NCBI GenBank assembly: GCA_008690995.1
Contig: VRMN01000001.1
Span: 1,550,001-1,614,000 of the forward strand
Direction: 5' to 3'
Source of the DNA: Porphyridium purpureum
Lineage: Eukaryota
Length of the DNA: 64,000 nucleotides
Shown: piece after piece, positions 51,217 to 61,734 of the stretch
How positions within the stretch are numbered: the first letter of the stretch is position 1
Layout: the number at the start of each line of letters is the position of its first letter
The notes under the pieces: generated by a model
The model's input: the letters and a program-made list of their open reading frames with translations, nothing else
Told to the model about the DNA's origin: nothing
The model's database searches: none
Program-made: the position numbers and the translations under genes

Positions 51217-53871
51217 CTTCCTTCTTCTACGCCGACCGTGAAGAGCTCACCGTGCGCAAGTTCTCACCAAACACCGCACGCTAGGGGGACTTCCGGCTTA
51301 AGCGCGCTGCGCTGTTTGCGGCATGTGAGAGTGTAAGGAGCGCTCAAAAGCCCGAGCCGGTACAGACCCGGCCCTGACCCAAACGCGCGCGGGGTTGTTG
51401 AAGACCGACGATTGGCGAACTGTCGACTTTCACCCCGTGAATTTTGAAGCCTCGGACTGCGGTGACGGATGTGGTGACGACGACAGCGGGACAACGAGAG
51501 TTCTTCATTGTCTTGCGTGTCGCATCCACGCCAGGTCTTGGTCTTTCTGGACGAGACAGGTGTGCTGGACAGGGCAGATATGTAGATTGCGCTAGAATGT
51601 GTTCTTAATGTGGCTACGCTGGACGCTATCCAGGGCTGCGGTCGCGCCCGCGAAACATGAAGAGCTGCCGGCGTAGCGCATACTTCTGCTCGGCGCAGAG
51701 GCGTACACCAGTTTAAGACTGGCTCGGAGGTGCTGGGCCGTGTATCCACGGTACTTTGTTCCTGATTTGACATTTTGCGACGGTTGTTTGTTTCGATTTC
51801 TGCACGGTTTCCTCTTCGCACCGTATGATCGGCTGGTTCGCGTCGCATGTGCACGTGCGTGGATTGTGCCATCAACAAGGGCAATGTTGAATGCGGACCG
51901 ACAGGACAAACGGACAAAGAACGACGCTAAAAACCTCTACGTGGGGGAATGCAGGGTGGCGGAGACGTGGAACGAGCGGAACCAGATGTGAACGCTCGAC
52001 GCGCACCGAAATGGCGGAATGGCCTGCAAAACAGACCAAACAGATCTCATAGCGACGGCAAAAAACCAGCGCGTGAAATGCAGTCCGGGCTTCTGTGCTT
52101 GCGTCTCGTTTGCCCGTGGCGCCTTGCTTGGGCTATTGTTTTGGTTTTAGAGGCAGAAACGGCGTGAACCTCATAAGTTGGTACAACGACTGCGGAGATA
52201 CGAATCCAGGAACAACTGGCGACGCGATTGAAGCCCGTCACACGGGAAGGACATGACCCGCTCGTAGGCACGATGAGTGGTTCACGGTGAGTTCCGAGGC
52301 TCTTCTGTCAAGCGCCGTGGATTCGTTTGGACCCTGCTTGCATGTGTTGTTGGCTCTTTCCGTTGGCAAGTTCCGCAGCAGCGGTGGGTTGTCCTATGGA
52401 CAGACCAGATACAAGGCTTACAGGTCACGCTGAACCCAGAAGTGAATCGCATGAAATTGTCGCTTTGAAGCCAGGGCTAGAGCGCGAGACCAAACGCTTT
52501 GCAAGCCGTTGATCAGGTCCAAAAGGGACTCAACCCGATCGCTGGCGCCGTTGGAGGGCTCGGAGCGTCAAGTTTGGTGCGTGTACTGATGGATTCGAGA
52601 GCGACGCGAGCCCGAGACCGCCAAGCTTTTATGCATGGCAGATGACCTCGATGACATTCTAGGATCACATGACACGGAGCGTGCGTAGCTACTTGCAGCT
52701 TTGCTCGTTGCGTATGCCGCGACGCCCCTGTCAGAATCGCGTGAGTACGTGAACTACCTCATTCTTTCCGCGACGTCTTTCGCAAGGGATCAAAGGACCG
52801 ATCCGTACAAGGTGTGCTGAAGAACAGTCACAGCGCATCGAGCAGGGCAAACGCGACAATCTTTGTCAGGCTGGGCGCCGAGACTCAAATGAGGGCCTGA
52901 ACCCCAGACAAATGGAGCGATACCATGAAGTCACATGGGCACGAGCCCCAAATGCGAGAAGCCGAATCTCCAATGGTTGGAGGGGATTCACAGGATTTTC
53001 TATTGGGCACCGAAAATGTTGAACGCGCTCATGCATGCGCTTCTCTGCGCGCCATTGTGCGCGCAACTTGTGCTCGTGGAACCCGAAACCGGGTTCCCAC
53101 CGAGCTCACTCGAACCCTTCCGCGGCACGTTGATGTGGCGGCCGAACCACACGGCCGACTCCCGTACACCAGCGAGCTCGCACACGGCCATTCCGGGCCC
53201 GCGCCGAGGCAATTGACACGCCCGTGCGCACGCGACGAACGCCGATCCGTCCGCCCCAAAGTCCCGCGGATCATGCGTCGCAGCCACGGCTGCCACCATG
53301 TGACACAGTGACACGTGACGCGCTTACACATCCGATTACGTGGCGACGTGCGCGCCAACCGCGCCGATTTTTTGTGGTGATTTTCGCACCCCCGTGGAAA
53401 TCGGCGGGGCGGGTGAGCGCGTGAGCGGCGATCACCCGCGCGTGCGCTTTTGTATCAGTCTGTCTGTGCGGTTGCATGCGTGCCGTGCGTGAATGAAGTG
53501 GCGGGTGAGCTTGGCGTTTCTCTATCGCGCGATGATGTAACCGTGCATCATGCACGTGAAAAGGGGAGAGGGGGGCTTGTGGTCACGGCCTTGCGTTTTG
53601 TGATGAGACGGAATCCCGCGAGCGCTGACATCTCAGGTGGAACCTTTGATCCGCGTTCATGTCGATTTGGCCACGCAAAGGTTACATGCCGCGCGCCCAT
53701 GTGCCGGCCGTGCATCCGTCGACCGCTGGACGCGCGTGGCTTATAAAGCGCATGCGCACAGCTTGTCTCTTTGGCGGCCGCGGGGGTTGGAAACGCGTCC
53801 GACACGGAAAGAGCATTGAGGGAGAAGCGCAGAGCAAACGAAACAAAGACAAGAGAAAACGAGCCGTGAGC

Positions 53872-54051
53872 ATGTCGAACGCACAGGTGCCGACTACAAG
53901 TAGTGCCGCGCAATTCGAAATCAAGTTTCATGTGCTGGAGCGCATGCCAAAGGAGCTGCAGTATTCACGGATTTCAAAGTTTCAGCCGACTTTGCCAGTC
54001 ATACCGGAAGCCGATGATGAGGCCGACATCCCAGACGGAGACAAGGAATAG
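53872..54051 (+). CDS. Putative 59-aa microprotein with an LxxIxE motif
   Basis: TATAAA at 53742, upstream CACGTG boxes, purine-rich leader and AT-rich 3' region. Confidence 0.5.
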   Translation: MSNAQVPTTSSAAQFEIKFHVLERMPKELQYSRISKFQPTLPVIPEADDEADIPDGDKE

Positions 54052-54975
54052 CTGTGCTTGCATATTGAAAAGTATTCAACTGTTTATATAAATGAAAAGG
54101 AAGGCGGAACTTGCTGGCGTCTCTGTTGCTGTGAAATTCCCTCGGTATGTGCTGGCCTGTCCGGCGGCACCACTTCAATTGGCACCATCGGCAAAACCAG
54201 AACGAGAGAACGACGAACACACCAGTGAGCGACCTCACATTCTCCCCGAACTGCTCGAGTCCTGTTTTCTCCCCGAGGAAAAGCGCAGCAGATGAAGACA
54301 TGCGTTGCATTGTCGGTCTGATGAGCCACGGGATTGGATATGCAGGTCGCCAATTCATTCTTGCACTTTGTCCATTCCCGCATGTGACACTATTCAGCTT
54401 GCAGTGGATAGCCGTAACGTGATCAGTAAAGTGCGCCTTCCACCGAAGACCAGGTCTTGGGGACACCCAAGCCTATGCACCGTGGTGCACAGCATCCCCG
54501 GGGAATCGTTCTGAGGCACCTTCAAACTTGCACATGTAGAGAGGTACGATAAGTTCCGAAAAGTAGATGGATCTACGAAAGCCATGCATCAGTAGCTAAA
54601 TCTCAACGACGTGCGCTTTCCTGGCCGATCAATGTCAAGCCTTCGGCCCTTGCAAATCAGTCAAACATGCAGCTCAAACTTGGCGCACCCGCGATGCAGT
54701 CGCGGCGGCGACAGCGCTAAGACACCATCCGCCAACTGTGCGCCTCTACGCACTTCGGGCAGCACAGCTGCTCGGCCCGCCACACCCACTTGTTCACAGA
54801 GTGGCTGGATGCGCCCCGGTCCTACATACTGCTGTGGTCGTTCACTTGTTCGAGGCACTACGTGCAAACGTGTTTCCAACGAGCGCGTCGAGTTCGTAGA
54901 ATGGCATTTGCAACATGATGGCGATTAGAGCACAAATGATATGGCCGCTGACCAACTCTCGATTGACTGCGCCAG

Positions 54976-56263
54976 TGTTGTAGGAAACGCCTTCCCACTC
55001 TGTGTGCACCGCGTGTCACAGTCCCTCGACTGTACACACACGGTGCTCACCTCCTGTTCTTCCTTGCTGCCAAAGGACCGTTGTGCAGCTTCCCAACACC
55101 TTGTAGGCTCTTTCTTCTTCGTCAACGGTGCCCTCTTTATTTCGGCTCACTCTAATCTAACACCTGTCGAACGTACTTTATATACCTTTCTGTCCAAAAC
55201 GGTCCGCTCGAGAAAACGCCCCCTCAGGCGCAAAAAACTCTGCGTCCGTTCCCGTCACGACCCCCTGGACGGTCGCACAACCGAATTATTGTGGGCCACG
55301 ACACTACTGTGCGCCCTCTTTCACGTCAGCAAGCTCTGGCGCGCCCTGTTCCTCATCAGCAGGTTCATTCGCGTGCGTTCGGCTCGACCCATTTGCACGA
55401 AGTTCACACAGTCGCTCTTCTTTCTGTGCGAGCCGAACGCTGGTTGATTGCTTAATTTGCTGCTCGATCACCAAGTTAATTGTACCGTCCTTCAGAAGTC
55501 GAAGTAGCGCCTTGTTTGGTTCCGCTTTTGTAAGTCCGTCGGCTGGATTTCCTTCCGACCTCACCCACTTAATACTCACAACTTCCTCATTCTTGAAAGC
55601 CTCTCTTAAGACAGAAATATCCAGCGCAAGCCTTTTCTCCGCCGGAAGTCTGTCTGTTGATATTGCATCGAATATGGACCTGCTGTCGGTCACCAGGCCC
55701 AGGGGTAAGTCCATCCCGATACTCCGCAGCGTTGTTTGAATAAAGATCCCAGCGTCGAAACCCTCAGCTAAGGCAAGGATTTCCGCACCCAGGACGGAGC
55801 GGGTAATTCTTCTCGCCTTCTTGGATCCCCACAGTAAGGGTACAGCATGACCGTTGTCGTTGACCACGCACACAATGTATCCCAGCTGACTCGAAAGATC
55901 TTGGTTATTTGCGAATGCCGCATCCGCAAACACTTCGATTCGCAGTGCCCGATCCGTTGTATCCTCGCCGCGAAGACCTCGTATTAGAACGGATCCGTCC
56001 CAATGTCTCATCGCTTTTTTTACCCTCTTGAGTAGCTCGTCTACTCTCGTCTGATCGTAACTCACGTCTGTTACTTGCATCAATTGCGCGCAGAGGTAGT
56101 TTAGATCCGCTCTGGTGCCATTCACTAACCAGCTCAACTTACCACGTAGTGACCTTAAGGATGAGAAATCGTGAGCTTCAAGAACGTCGATTGGCGTTTG
56201 TTTGATGGTCAGACCGTCTTCGACCTCGCGCACTTGCATTCCAGCGAATGAGATGGCGTTGTC
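54976..56263 (-). mobile_element. GalEa-like Copia element, 3' part (RT end, RNase H, putative 3' LTR 54976-55257), interrupted by a Gypsy at 56264
   Basis: ORF 55304-56263 has FADAAFAN, SQLGYIV, RSVLGAEILAL, TDSRS, EKRLALD and NPADGLTK. The candidate TG..CA LTR has TATATAAA and a PPT-like AGGGGG; its partner LTR is not in the window. Confidence 0.8.
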
Positions 56264-57314
56264 TGTTACCAATGCTGTGCCTTTTACTCTGCTTCTTCTT
56301 ACCTCTTCTGTCTCCGAGCAAGACCTGACCGGCTAGTCCGGGCAGGCGCGTCGCCTTTTTATACCCTTACTTCCGCTAGGGACAGCAAGGCGCCAAGAGA
56401 AATGACAATGCAAACCATTGGCATTTCTGCGCGCGTCTAGAAGGTTCTGGAACCTCTAGAAGCTTCTAGAAACGGTTAAACGGTCTACCGGTTTAGCGGC
56501 TTACCGGTTTCGGACTAACCGAACCGTTCTAGGTGACTGGGGTCGAACGGATAACATCTCCCCCCCTCTTGACTCGACGTCTCGGCGAGACTCCAAACTA
56601 AGTTGCATTCTTGGCTCGAGGAACCCGCGCTCCGGGAGAAAACCTCTGCCTAGCAAACTTCTCACAGTACCCAAGTCATTCAGAGTCAGACTCTTCGATA
56701 ATTTTCAACAAGTCGGGCTCAGAATCGGACGCCGGCATTTCGTCGGGTACTTCTTCATCATTTTCCCCTGCCATGTATTCTTCGCGTCCATAGTATGGCC
56801 TCAGATGCTGGATCGGAAAAACATCATGACAAGCCACACCCTCGGGCAAAATCACTCGGTAAGCATGCGAGCTTACCTTCTCAATGACAGGCACCGGACC
56901 AAGAAACTTTGGTGCCGCCAAATCACTCTTGTTCGGCCGCATTTGCGGCGCCGTGACCAACACTTGATCACCAACTTGAAACTCCCGGGCATCCTTGCGT
57001 CGATCGAAGAACTTCTGCATTCTCCCTTGGGCTTCGATCAAATTGTCGCGGACTTCTTCATGGACTTTGCACAGGCGAAACCAGTGCTCCGCCATGTCCT
57101 TCGTCTGTCCGTCACGCGCAGGCGTCCACCCTTCTGTTACCAATGCTGTGCCTTTATTCTCTGCGTCTTCTTTCTTACCTCTTCTCTCTCCGAGCAAGAC
57201 CTGACCGGCTAGTCCGGGCAGGCGCGTCGCCTTTTTATACCCTTACTTCCGCCAGGGACAGCAAGGCGCCAAGAGAAATGACAATGCAAATCATTGGCAT
57301 TTCTGCGCGCGTCT

Positions 57315-57348
57315 AGAAGGTTCTGGAACCTCTAGAAGCTTCTAGAAA
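57315..57348. promoter_or_regulatory. Two perfect heat-shock elements in LTR U3 (copies at 56439-56472 and 62487-62520)
   Basis: aGAAggTTCtgGAAc and aGAAgcTTCtaGAAa, about 75-110 bp upstream of the minus-strand TATAAAAA. Confidence 0.7.
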
Positions 57349-57551
57349 CGGTTAAACGGTCTACCGGTTTAACGGCTTACCGGTTTCGGATTAACCGAAC
57401 CGTTCTAGGTGACTGGGGTCGAACGGATAACATCTCCCCCCCTCTTGGCTCGACGTCTCGGCGAGACTTCAAACTAAGTTGCATTCTTGGCTCGAGGAAC
57501 CCGCGCTCCGGGAGAAAACCTCTGCCTAGCAAACTTCTCACAATTCCCAAG

Positions 57552-60500
57552 TCATTCAGAGTCAGACTCTTCGATAATTTTCAACAAATCTGGCTCAGAA
57601 TCGGACGCCGGCATTTCGTCGGGTACTTCTTCATCATTTTCCCCTGCCATGTAGTCTTCGCGTCCATAGTATGGCTTCAGATGTTGGATCGGAAAAACAT
57701 CATGACAAGCCACACCCTCAGGCAAAACCACTCGGTAAGCATGCGAGCTTACCTTCTCAATGACAGGCACCGGACCAAGAAACTTTGGTGCCGCCAAATC
57801 ACTCTTGTTCGGCCGCATTTGCGGCGCCGTGACCAACACTTGATCACCAACTTGAAACTCCCGGGCATCCTTGCGTCGATCGAAGAACTTCTGCATTCTC
57901 CCCTGGGCTTCGATCAAATTGTCGCGGACTTCTTCATGGACTTTGCAGAGGCGAAACCAGTGCTCCGCCATGTCCTTCGTCTGTCCATCGCGCGCAGGCC
58001 TCCACCCTTCGCTCGGTGGAAACCAAGGATCCCTTCCATACACCACTTTGAACGGCGCGAATCCAGTGGCACTGCTTGGTGCGGAGTTGTACGCAAACTC
58101 GTACAACGGCAAGTCTCGCACCCAGCCAGTATTCGTCGTCATCAACTTGAGCATTTCCCGAATCACCCGGTTCACTCGCTCAGTTTGGCCATCTGTCTGC
58201 GGGTGGTTGGCGGTAGACATTGCCAACTTCATGCCCACCCGCTTGCTCAACTGCTGCCAAAACGTTGACGTAAACAGCGGATCTCGGTCCGACACAATCG
58301 ACTTGGGGTATCCGAAGCGGCTCACGACGTGCTTCACGAACAAGTCAGCACAACGCTTTGCTGTCAAGTCCTTGCGCGTCGGGATAAACAGCGCCATCTT
58401 CGAATAGCGATCCACCACAGTCATGATTGCATCACAGCTGCCTTCGCTCCGAGGCAGCTCTGTCACAAAGTCCATCGAAATGTCGACCCAAGGTCCTTCT
58501 GGGATCGACAAGGGCTTCAGCTTTCCAAACGACCGATTCTCTGACTTTGTCACTTGGCACGCGTGACAAGTCTTCACAAAACGGCTCACGTCTCGCTTCA
58601 TCTTTGGCCAGTAGAAGCGAGTTATCAAAGATGCATAAGTTGTGTCCGCTCCACGGTGCCCTGCTGTCGGGATATCGTGGTGGAGTTGCATGACACGCTC
58701 TCTGAACTTCCTCGGCACGCAAACGCGATTCCTCAAGTACAAGAGCCCAGCTTCGGTTCGAAAACCCTGGTGGGTCGGTAAATCTCCCATCAAAGTACCA
58801 AAGTCTGGGTCACTCGAGTACGAACCCACGAATGCCTGGAAACCCGCACCAAATTCCTCACATCGAACCTGGTACTCTAGCGCGTGCAGCTCTGGCTTCC
58901 TCGACAAAGCATCGGCTACCACGTTCGACTTTCCCTTCACATAGTCGATTGTAATATCAAACTCGGCTAAAAAGTCCAGCCACCGTGCTTGCCGGCCATT
59001 CAGCTCCTTCTGCGTCATCAAATGTTTCAACGCCTCATGATCTGTGTGAAGCACAAACTTTGCCCCGTACAGATAAGGTCGAAACTCTCGCAGACAGTGA
59101 ATGACGGCCATGAGCTCACCTTCATAGCTGCTGTGCCTGGTCTCTCGGTCCAGCAGCTTCCTCGACGTAAACGCGACCGGTCTGCCTTCCTGTGCCAGCC
59201 ATCCCCCCACCGCGACTTCAGAGCGGTCCGTGTACACCTCAAATGGCTTTTCAGGGTCTGGCAAGGCCAACACCGGCGCTTCCGTCAACATCCCCACAAT
59301 CTTCTTGAAGGCCGACTTGCCTTCATCTCCCAGTTCGATCAGCTGCTTCTTCGACTTTGCGTTCTGCAACAGCGAAGTCAGCGGCGCCACGACGGTAGAG
59401 TATCCTTTAACAAACCTCCGAAACCAGTTTGTCATTCCCAAAAAGGATCTCAACTCCGTCACCGTCTTTGGCACTGGCCAATCTTTCAAAGCTTCCACCT
59501 TCCGTGGATCCATCTTCACGCAACCGTTGCCGACAATGTTCCCCAGGTATTCGACTTCAGAAACGAAGAAGCTGCACTTCTTGCGCTTCAACCGATACCC
59601 CGCCTTTTGCAAGCGCGACAACACTTCCTTCAGGACCTCGCCGTGCGACTGCCTATCCTTCGTAAAGACCAAAATATCGTCCAAGTAGACAATGACGGTC
59701 TTGTCCAGCAGATCTGCAAACAGCTCGTTCATGGCCCTCTGGAAAGTTGCCGGCGCGTTGCAAAGACCAAACGGCATCACACGGAACTCGAACTGTCCGT
59801 ACCTGGTCTGGAACGCGGTCTTCGGCACGTCCTCTCTCCGAACACGCAACTGGTGGTATCCCGATGCCAAATCCAACTTTGAGAAACAGTGAGCTGCGCC
59901 CAGTCGATCCAGCAACTCATCCATGTTCGGCAACGGATACCGGTCCTTCACAGTTGCGTCGGTCAACGCCCGATAATCAACGCACATCCTCATGCTGCCG
60001 TCTTTCTTCTTCACGAACAGCACGGGTGCTCCAAACGGGCTCTGACTCGGCTGGACGAATCCCTTATCCAGCAAGTCATCCAAAGTCTCTCGGAGGACTT
60101 TCAACTCCGCAGGGCTCAGTCGGTAGACCCTGCCCACTCTCACAGGCTTTTCATCTTTCAGCCTAATCACATGCTCCACTGTTCGGCTCTCAGGCAGCCC
60201 TCGCGGCTCCTCGAACAGATTTTCGAAATCATTGAGCATCTTTCTCACAGAGTCAGCTTCTTTGCGCTCCACTGAACAGGGCTCCTCCCTTCCTTTCAGC
60301 ACGCCGAGGTAGCACTCTTCTACCTCCTGACTCTTCAACAGCCGACGGAGCTCTTTCCGTGGCACCAGCATCTGCGTCATGCTCCAGGCCTTCTTCTCTC
60401 CGTAGGCCAACATGCCAGACTGCCAATCAATCCCTGGGTTCTCCCGCTTCAGCCACTCCATGCCCAAGATTGCGTCTTGTCCCGCAATCCGGCAAATGGC

Positions 60501-60950
60501 AAAGTTAGCGGCCCCTGAGTACCCATCGCTCAGTTCAAACTTGACATTGGAAACTTCTCCGGCTGTTTCCAATACAGACCCATCCGCTAGGGTCACATGA
60601 TCTCTCTTCCACGACGCCTTCTGCTTCAGGCCGTCGGATTTCAGCACAAAGTCCACGCTCATGAAGTTGTCCGTCGCGCCACTGTCAATCAAAAACGTGG
60701 CCTCTCCATCGGACTTGTGCACTTTTCCTCGAACTCGAAGAAGCATGGCAGCTCCCATTCCTCCAAGTTCCTTGATCACGGGCTGATTTGCGCTCGAGTT
60801 TCGCCCACAAGGTGTCGGACAGCCAGACCTTGGCTTACCAAGGCCACCACAGCGGTCTTCATTGCCGCCCCTAGAGGTCTCGTAACGTCTGCGAGCCTCC
60901 TTTCCCTCTGACTGTCCGAGGAACCTCTCTACTCGAGCTCCTCGTTTTTT
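57552..60950 (-). CDS. pol: Gypsy pol of element X (PR-RT-RH-IN), intact, reached by a -1 frameshift
   Basis: LIDSGAT, YLDD, HDIPTAGH..C..C, SMDF, SDRD and DGQTERVN; no chromodomain. Confidence 0.93.
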   Translation of the reverse strand, partial: KKRGARVERFLGQSEGKEARRRYETSRGGNEDRCGGLGKPRSGCPTPCGRNSSANQPVIKELGGMGAAMLLRVRGKVHKSDGEATFLIDSGATDNFMSVDFVLKSDGLKQKASWKRDHVTLADGSVLETAGEVSNVKFELSDGYSGAANFAICRIAGQDAILGMEWLKRENPGIDWQSGMLAYGEKKAWSMTQMLVPRKELRRLLKSQEVEECYLGVLKGREEPCSVERKEADSVRKMLNDFENLFEEPRGLPESRTVEHVIRLKDEKPVRVGRVYRLSPAELKVLRETLDDLLDKGFVQPSQSPFGAPVLFVKKKDGSMRMCVDYRALTDATVKDRYPLPNMDELLDRLGAAHCFSKLDLASGYHQLRVRREDVPKTAFQTRYGQFEFRVMPFGLCNAPATFQRAMNELFADLLDKTVIVYLDDILVFTKDRQSHGEVLKEVLSRLQKAGYRLKRKKCSFFVSEVEYLGNIVGNGCVKMDPRKVEALKDWPVPKTVTELRSFLGMTNWFRRFVKGYSTVVAPLTSLLQNAKSKKQLIELGDEGKSAFKKIVGMLTEAPVLALPDPEKPFEVYTDRSEVAVGGWLAQEGRPVAFTSRKLLDRETRHSSYEGELMAVIHCLREFRPYLYGAKFVLHTDHEALKHLMTQKELNGRQARWLDFLAEFDITIDYVKGKSNVVADALSRKPELHALEYQVRCEEFGAGFQAFVGSYSSDPDFGTLMGDLPTHQGFRTEAGLLYLRNRVCVPRKFRERVMQLHHDIPTAGHRGADTTYASLITRFYWPKMKRDVSRFVKTCHACQVTKSENRSFGKLKPLSIPEGPWVDISMDFVTELPRSEGSCDAIMTVVDRYSKMALFIPTRKDLTAKRCADLFVKHVVSRFGYPKSIVSDRDPLFTSTFWQQLSKRVGMKLAMSTANHPQTDGQTERVNRVIREMLKLMTTNTGWVRDLPLYEFAYNSAPSSATGFAPFKVVYGRDPWFPPSEGWRPARDGQTKDMAEHWFRLCKVHEEVRDNLIEAQGRMQKFFDRRKDAREFQVGDQVLVTAPQMRPNKSDLAAPKFLGPVPVIEKVSSHAYRVVLPEGVACHDVFPIQHLKPYYGREDYMAGENDEEVPDEMPASDSEPDLLKIIEESDSE

Positions 60951-61734
60951 GACTCCAGCGAGTCTCCCTCCAGCTGCTGGATAGTCTTCCTTGCCTCGGG
61001 ACACGTTCTGGCGATGTGTCCCGGCCTTCCACAATTCCAGCATTTGAGCTCGGTACGAACACGCCTCTGACCCTGCACATGTCCCAGCTCCATCGGGACA
61101 GGTCCTTCCTGCGCTGCACGACCGAAAAATGGCGCCCTCACACTTGAATCACGCACGCCGCGGGTCGCATGAATGGCGTCGTCCACGACCACCGCCACCT
61201 GCGCAGCCTCCGCGAACGTACTCACTCCTCGCTTGTACACTTCCAAGCGCACCTCGGGCTTCAGACCCCTCACAAAGCGGTCCATCATTTCTGCGTCCGA
61301 CAAGTCCGGAATCACAAGTGCCGCGTCCTGAAAGCCGCCACATACGCATGGGCCGGGCCTTTCTGCGAAAGACGCGTCAACTTGTCCCTTGCACGCCTGA
61401 TCGAATCCTGCGGCGTGAACCGAGCACTCACGAGGGCAGCAAAATCATTCCACGTCGTGGGGATCTCCTGCGGGTAGCGCTCGCAGTTCAGAACCCACCA
61501 ATGAAGCGCCTCTCCCTCGAAGTAGTCTGATGCCAAGTCCACAGCACGCCTCTCCGCAAGCAGACGTTTCTCCAAATCGTCCGGGTGGATGCTCTCCAAC
61601 AACCGGCCCAAGATCTTCTTTCTCGCCTGGAACAACCACGTCTTCACAACCAGAAGGTCACGCTTCCCGTCGAACCTCATCAGACGGGCCTCCTTCGGGC
61701 CACGTGGTCCCAGCGTCTCCGAATCAATCTCCAT
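60929..61734 (-). CDS. gag: Gypsy gag of element X, with a 1-bp frameshift near 61325
   Basis: Two ORF pieces (61312-61734 and 60929-61315) together form a Retrotrans_gag domain, PMELG and the CCHC knuckle CWNCGRPGHIARTC. Confidence 0.88.

Noticed and set aside
51900..53100. Possible pseudogene or TE remnant
   Set aside because: No consistent reading frame or diagnostic motif was found.
56264..57432. Short non-autonomous (TRIM-like) element between two nearby LTRs
   Set aside because: It is explained by element X inserting into Y (CCTTC TSD); both LTRs here are 3' LTRs with PPTs.
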